Shown piece after piece: positions 60,081-64,000 of a stretch of 64,000 bases of DNA; position 1 is the stretch's first letter, and each line of letters begins with the position of its first letter. Source of the stretch: a candidate division FCPU426 bacterium (GTDB lineage Bacteria > Oederibacteriota > Muellerivitia > Muellerivitales > Muellerivitaceae). The notes below the pieces were generated by a model. The model was not told the origin of the DNA. It did not search any database and worked only from the letters and a program-made list of their open reading frames with translations. The stretch covers positions 32,001-96,000 of the forward strand of contig CAWHOE010000046.1 of the NCBI GenBank assembly GCA_963830915.1, given 5' to 3'. A program made the position numbers and the translations under genes.

Positions 60081-61070
60081 CTACAAGATCGATGACAGGA
60101 AAACCGCGCCCGCCGCCAAAGCTCCCAGCGCGGGGGATAATTCCTGCCGTTTCATGGCGCCCTGCCCCTTCATCTGGGTCTTCTGTAAACCTTCCAACCT
60201 GTTCCCGATGGAATTCAGGTTTTCGTAACTATCCCCTGGTATATAGACGCCGCCGGTGGTGTCAGCGATACTTTTAAGTGTTTTTTCGTCCAAATGGCTC
60301 ACATGGACACTCCCGTTAGCGTCCCTTTTATAATTGGCCTCTCCCCAAAAGGAAACCCCATCCGGGATCGGACGTCCTTGGGGTGTGCCCATTCCCACCG
60401 AAATGATTGGGATCTTCATGTCTTTTGCCCTTTGGAGCACTTCCGGAAGGCTGGCCGAACCCTCGGTGATCTCGCCGTCGGTGAGAAGCAGAATGACCTT
60501 CCCTCTTTTGGATTGATCGTCCTTGCCGAAAGCGTCCAAGGCCGTCCGGATCCCTTCCCCGATATCGGTACCGCCGCGGTCCACCGAGTCCACATCCGCT
60601 TTGCTCAGGACCATATTGACGGCCTCCAGGTCAAGCGTCAGGGGCACCTGGACCAAAGCCTCGCCCGCGAAAATGACCACTCCCACTCGATCACCCTGTC
60701 TTCCTTCCAGCCAAGTGGCGACCGCTTTTTTGGCGGCGTCCAATCGGCAGGGCGCGATGTCCTGGGTCATCATGCTCTTGGATACGTCCAAAACGACCAT
60801 GATATCCACGCCGCTCACGTTAAGGTCTTCCGGAACGGACTTTCCTTGCAAACGGGCCGCTCCCAAAAGCGCCAACCCCAGGCCAATGATCACGAACAGG
60901 CCTTTCATGATCCTCCGACCCCAGGTCAGTTCGGGTGCCCAGACCAGGTTCTGGTATCCCAGCAAACGCAGGTCTCGTTTATCCCTCCAAAGGGTGAACA
61001 ATGCCGAAATCAGCGCGATCAAGAACAGCGCCGCCAAAGGAAGGAGCCAGGTCATGTTCGCGATGTTCAT
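60081..61070 (-). CDS. batB: BatB-like vWA protein
   Basis: MIDAS DVSKSM, PLT.D, GTDIG, LTDGE. Confidence 0.88.
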   Translation of the reverse strand: MNIANMTWLLPLAALFLIALISALFTLWRDKRDLRLLGYQNLVWAPELTWGRRIMKGLFVIIGLGLALLGAARLQGKSVPEDLNVSGVDIMVVLDVSKSMMTQDIAPCRLDAAKKAVATWLEGRQGDRVGVVIFAGEALVQVPLTLDLEAVNMVLSKADVDSVDRGGTDIGEGIRTALDAFGKDDQSKRGKVILLLTDGEITEGSASLPEVLQRAKDMKIPIISVGMGTPQGRPIPDGVSFWGEANYKRDANGSVHVSHLDEKTLKSIADTTGGVYIPGDSYENLNSIGNRLEGLQKTQMKGQGAMKRQELSPALGALAAGAVFLSSIL

Positions 61071-62185
61071 GGCAGGGTCCTTAACACCGTCATCTCCAAC
61101 CCCATATCAAAAAGGAGGAGGATGAAAGCCCCCAGAAGGAAATAAGCCGCCAGTTCGTTGTACTCCCAATGAGTGACCGTGACCACATCGTGCTTTTCCA
61201 ACCGGGCGACGTCATCCAAGATGGCCTGAAGGGACCGATTGTCGGTGGCGGCATAAGCTTTTCCGCCTGTGATCCGGGCGATCTCAGTCAGTAGGCCCAT
61301 ATCCACCGGGTCGCTCAGGGCCATTTCCCCTGTTCTCGGGTCGATGTAAGGTCCCACATGACCATCCGGATATTCCCCCATGGCCAGGACCCTGTTCTTG
61401 GCGCCCATGCCGACGGTATAAACCTTGATGCCCCGGCTGACGGCGATCTTGGCCGCCGTCAGGGGATCCACCATCCCGGCGTTGTTTCCGCCGTCCGTCA
61501 AGAGGAGGATCGCCTGGGTGTTCTTGGCCGGTTCCTCAGAAGAGGTTTCCGTTCCCAGGAGTTTGGACGCCAGGGAAGCGGCGGCGGAAGTCGGGGTCGG
61601 CGTTCCCTTCCCCGTGCCTTGTTGCAATCGGTTCAAGCAGGACACCAACGCGTCCCCGATCGCGGTCCCATCCAATTTGATCGAGTGGGGGGCCGGCTCC
61701 ACATTCGCTAAAAGTTGTTTCACGATACTGATGTCAGTGGTCAAGGGGCATTGGGTGAAACTGATACGGGCGAAAATGGTCAGACCCACCCGCACATTCT
61801 GGACCTTGTCCAGGAACTCGCTCAGGAGTTTCTTGGCCGCCGTGATCCGGTTGGGTTGAAGGTCGTTCGTCACCATGGACCCGGAAACATCGAGCGCCAC
61901 GAAAAGGTCGGTGGCCTGTGTCTTCGTTTCCACTTTCTTCTGCCCCGCCTGGGGCCGGGCCGCCGCGATCAAGCACAAGAGCAGGACAAGGAACCGCAAG
62001 ACCCAGGGTAACCATTGGGCCGTCAGGGTTCCCGACCCCATCTCCACCAACCGGGGATTACCGATATAAAGGGTCGTGTGTTTCAACCTCGTGGTCAGGA
62101 AGAACAGCAATAGGGCCAGGGGCAAAAAGAAGATCGAATAAAGCCAGTTCGGGTCGGCGAAATGGAAACCTTGGAGGTTCATCAC
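61067..62185 (-). CDS. batA: BatA-like vWA protein
   Basis: FADP..L N-terminus, AARPQ, DVSGSM, GTAIGDAL, LTDG.NN.G. Confidence 0.9.
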   Translation of the reverse strand: MMNLQGFHFADPNWLYSIFFLPLALLLFFLTTRLKHTTLYIGNPRLVEMGSGTLTAQWLPWVLRFLVLLLCLIAAARPQAGQKKVETKTQATDLFVALDVSGSMVTNDLQPNRITAAKKLLSEFLDKVQNVRVGLTIFARISFTQCPLTTDISIVKQLLANVEPAPHSIKLDGTAIGDALVSCLNRLQQGTGKGTPTPTSAAASLASKLLGTETSSEEPAKNTQAILLLTDGGNNAGMVDPLTAAKIAVSRGIKVYTVGMGAKNRVLAMGEYPDGHVGPYIDPRTGEMALSDPVDMGLLTEIARITGGKAYAATDNRSLQAILDDVARLEKHDVVTVTHWEYNELAAYFLLGAFILLLFDMGLEMTVLRTLP

Positions 62186-63063
62186 CGCCTCCCCAACCGC
62201 TCGATGCGGGTCTTGAAGAATTTCAAAAGGGGCGGGACCACATTGGACCCGGCCTGGACCTCCAGCCGGTCCACACCCATGGAAGTGAGCGCCTTCAATT
62301 GTTTCTCGCGGAAATCCATGGCCTTACGGAAAGCCTCATTGGACCCGGGCGACAGATAACCCACTCGGCCCGTTTCGGGATCCCTCACCGCTACCCGGGC
62401 CGGAAGGAATGGGGCTTTTTCCAATGGGTCCTGGATGACCGCCGCGATGACGTCATTTCGTTTGGCCAGGACGCTGGCCGTATCCATGGGGATGGGATCG
62501 GTGAAATCGGAGACCAGGACCAGGACGCTTCGTCTTTTCAGCACCTTGGACAACATTCCGAAGGCTGGCTTATAGTCGGTCTTTTTCCCTGCCGGTCGAT
62601 AACCGATGAGTTTTCGCAGCACGCCCATGGTGGCGGTTTTGCCCCTTTTGGGCGGCGCGAAGTATTCCACCCGATCGGTGAAAACCATCAAGCCGACTCG
62701 GTCCTGATGTTGGACCGCCGCGAAAGCCATGACCGCGCAAAGCCGGAGGGCTGTTTCCCGTTTGCTCATGGCGCCCGACGCGTACCAAAGGGAAGCCGAC
62801 AGGTCCACCGCCAGAACGATCTGCAGTTCCCGTTCCTCCACGTAGGTCTTGATATAGGGGGCGTTGAGACGGGCCGTGACGTTCCAATCAATGGTCCGGT
62901 AATCGTCCTCGGGCGTATATTCGCGGACTTGATGGAACTCCAAGCCTCTCCCCCGGAAGGTGCTCTTGTAAAAGCCCTTCAACAGGGTATCGACCGCTCC
63001 CCGGGTGACGATCTCCAAACGCCGGACTTCGTTAAGGATGGAAAGTGGATCGGATTTGTTCAT
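62182..63063 (-). CDS. DUF58 protein (MoxR-associated)
   Basis: G.G.EF..VREY...DD.R.IDWNVTAR and EEREL....VD.S.S. Confidence 0.92.
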   Translation of the reverse strand: MNKSDPLSILNEVRRLEIVTRGAVDTLLKGFYKSTFRGRGLEFHQVREYTPEDDYRTIDWNVTARLNAPYIKTYVEERELQIVLAVDLSASLWYASGAMSKRETALRLCAVMAFAAVQHQDRVGLMVFTDRVEYFAPPKRGKTATMGVLRKLIGYRPAGKKTDYKPAFGMLSKVLKRRSVLVLVSDFTDPIPMDTASVLAKRNDVIAAVIQDPLEKAPFLPARVAVRDPETGRVGYLSPGSNEAFRKAMDFREKQLKALTSMGVDRLEVQAGSNVVPPLLKFFKTRIERLGRR

Positions 63064-63112
63064 CGGTATTTAGACGTTCTTTTCATAGGAAGAGTTTTAC
63101 GGCCAGCGATGA

Positions 63113-63457
63113 TTACTTGCGGTTAGGGACCATCTTCTTCTCGATCCAACCGGGGACGAAGGAAAACAAAAGAAAGAAAAAGACGCCCAAACCGACAGCG
63201 ATCAGCCCGTTGATCTTCAAGGCTTTCAGCGAATCCAGTCCATAGGCGTTCTCAATGGAATTATAGACGCCCCAGAAAACCCAGATCACCGGACCGATCA
63301 AAGCCCCGATCAAGGCGTTGGACCAAAGCCACGTTTTTTTTGCTTTGGGTGTTTTAGGGCCCAGGAAGAGTGCGGCTGTGATACTGAACAAAGTAACAGC
63401 GGCCGAAAGGCCCAGGATGATCTGGTCCAACTGTTGTTCGGTGAATAGTTCCTTCAT
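63113..63457 (-). CDS. Small membrane protein
   Basis: Three hydrophobic segments; co-oriented with the operon. Confidence 0.65.
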   Translation of the reverse strand: MKELFTEQQLDQIILGLSAAVTLFSITAALFLGPKTPKAKKTWLWSNALIGALIGPVIWVFWGVYNSIENAYGLDSLKALKINGLIAVGLGVFFFLLFSFVPGWIEKKMVPNRK

Positions 63458-63514
63458 TTTTAAGCCTTTTCAAGTTCGTTGATCAAGGTTCGGCTGTTAC
63501 GACCGGACGTTCTT

Positions 63515-63697
63515 TTAGGAGTTGAAAAAACCTGGAACAGCCCAGAGCAAGACCGAAAGGAACATCAGAATGGTGCCGCCCAGCATGACCAGGGCCCAAA
63601 GGGTATCCTGCGGTTTAGGGGTGGAGTCGGACTTCCAGAGCCCGAGGTTGAAAAGGACATAGCCGACGACGATTCCCACGATCCATCCTGGTGCCAA
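63515..63697 (-). CDS. Small two-TM membrane protein
   Basis: AAGGAG RBS 6 nt before the TTG start; two hydrophobic helices. Confidence 0.55.
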   Translation of the reverse strand: MAPGWIVGIVVGYVLFNLGLWKSDSTPKPQDTLWALVMLGGTILMFLSVLLWAVPGFFNS

Positions 63698-63715
63698 GGT
63701 CAGCTCCTTCGTTGA

Positions 63716-63979
63716 TTAATTTGCCGCTGGGCAGGGGGCGATTCCCCCGCACCCATTGCAGTCCGGTTTCGGGCCTGCCGCTGGTTTGGCTTCCGGGACC
63801 GGATTCTTGTACTCGTTCTGGTAAAAACCCGAACCCTTCAAAACAAAACCCACGTTCGCTGAAATGAGCCTTTCCACCTTGGTCCCGCAGGTGGGACAAA
63901 GCTTTAAAGCGTCATCCTTAATGGACTGCCAAATCTCGAAAGACCCGCATTTTCCGCATGAATACTCGTAAGTAGGCAT
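63716..63979 (-). CDS. FmdB-family zinc-ribbon protein
   Basis: MPTYEY.C..C..FE..Q......L..CP.CG...RLIS.....KGSGFY. Confidence 0.9.
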   Translation of the reverse strand: MPTYEYSCGKCGSFEIWQSIKDDALKLCPTCGTKVERLISANVGFVLKGSGFYQNEYKNPVPEAKPAAGPKPDCNGCGGIAPCPAAN

Positions 63980-64000
63980 TGGTGACCTCTCCCCTAACAT

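Overview
This is a 64 kb bacterial chromosomal segment, mostly on the minus strand, from a diderm organism (it encodes an autotransporter and two PorV-like outer-membrane barrels). The style of Thr-rich secreted proteins ending in PNP...G(L/V)Y(Y/F) C-terminal domains recalls poorly characterised FCB-adjacent lineages such as candidate phylum FCPU426; that taxonomy is an untested inference. The left part (1-21 kb) covers glycan utilisation. It holds a GH79, a beta-helix protein, a GH16-malectin protein, three AraC regulators, a small XRE module, and a hexosamine/chitin-like cluster (SIS, unclassified TIM-barrel GH, sugar-binding protein, GH18, ROK, PIG-L). The middle holds an old-yellow-enzyme, an FAD/Fe-S oxidoreductase, two PilZ-type proteins, an autotransporter, tRNA-Gln, a GNAT and gltX. 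The most notable locus is 34.5-46 kb, a tightly coupled run of five genes. These are a 1965-aa T9SS-like surface protein, a PorV-barrel-TPR fusion, a membrane protein fusing an RsbW-like kinase, HAMP, PP2C phosphatase and a transposase-like HTH, a STAS anti-anti-sigma factor, and a TPR protein. Together they are a candidate trans-envelope partner-switching system. The right part holds a second cargo-PorV pair (S8 protease) inside yicC-gmk-rpoZ-coaBC-udg, and a Bat/MoxR operon. Four genes carry single frameshifts, probably sequencing indels. I found no CRISPR array, rRNA or intact mobile element. All domain calls come from recognising motifs by eye, not from database searches.
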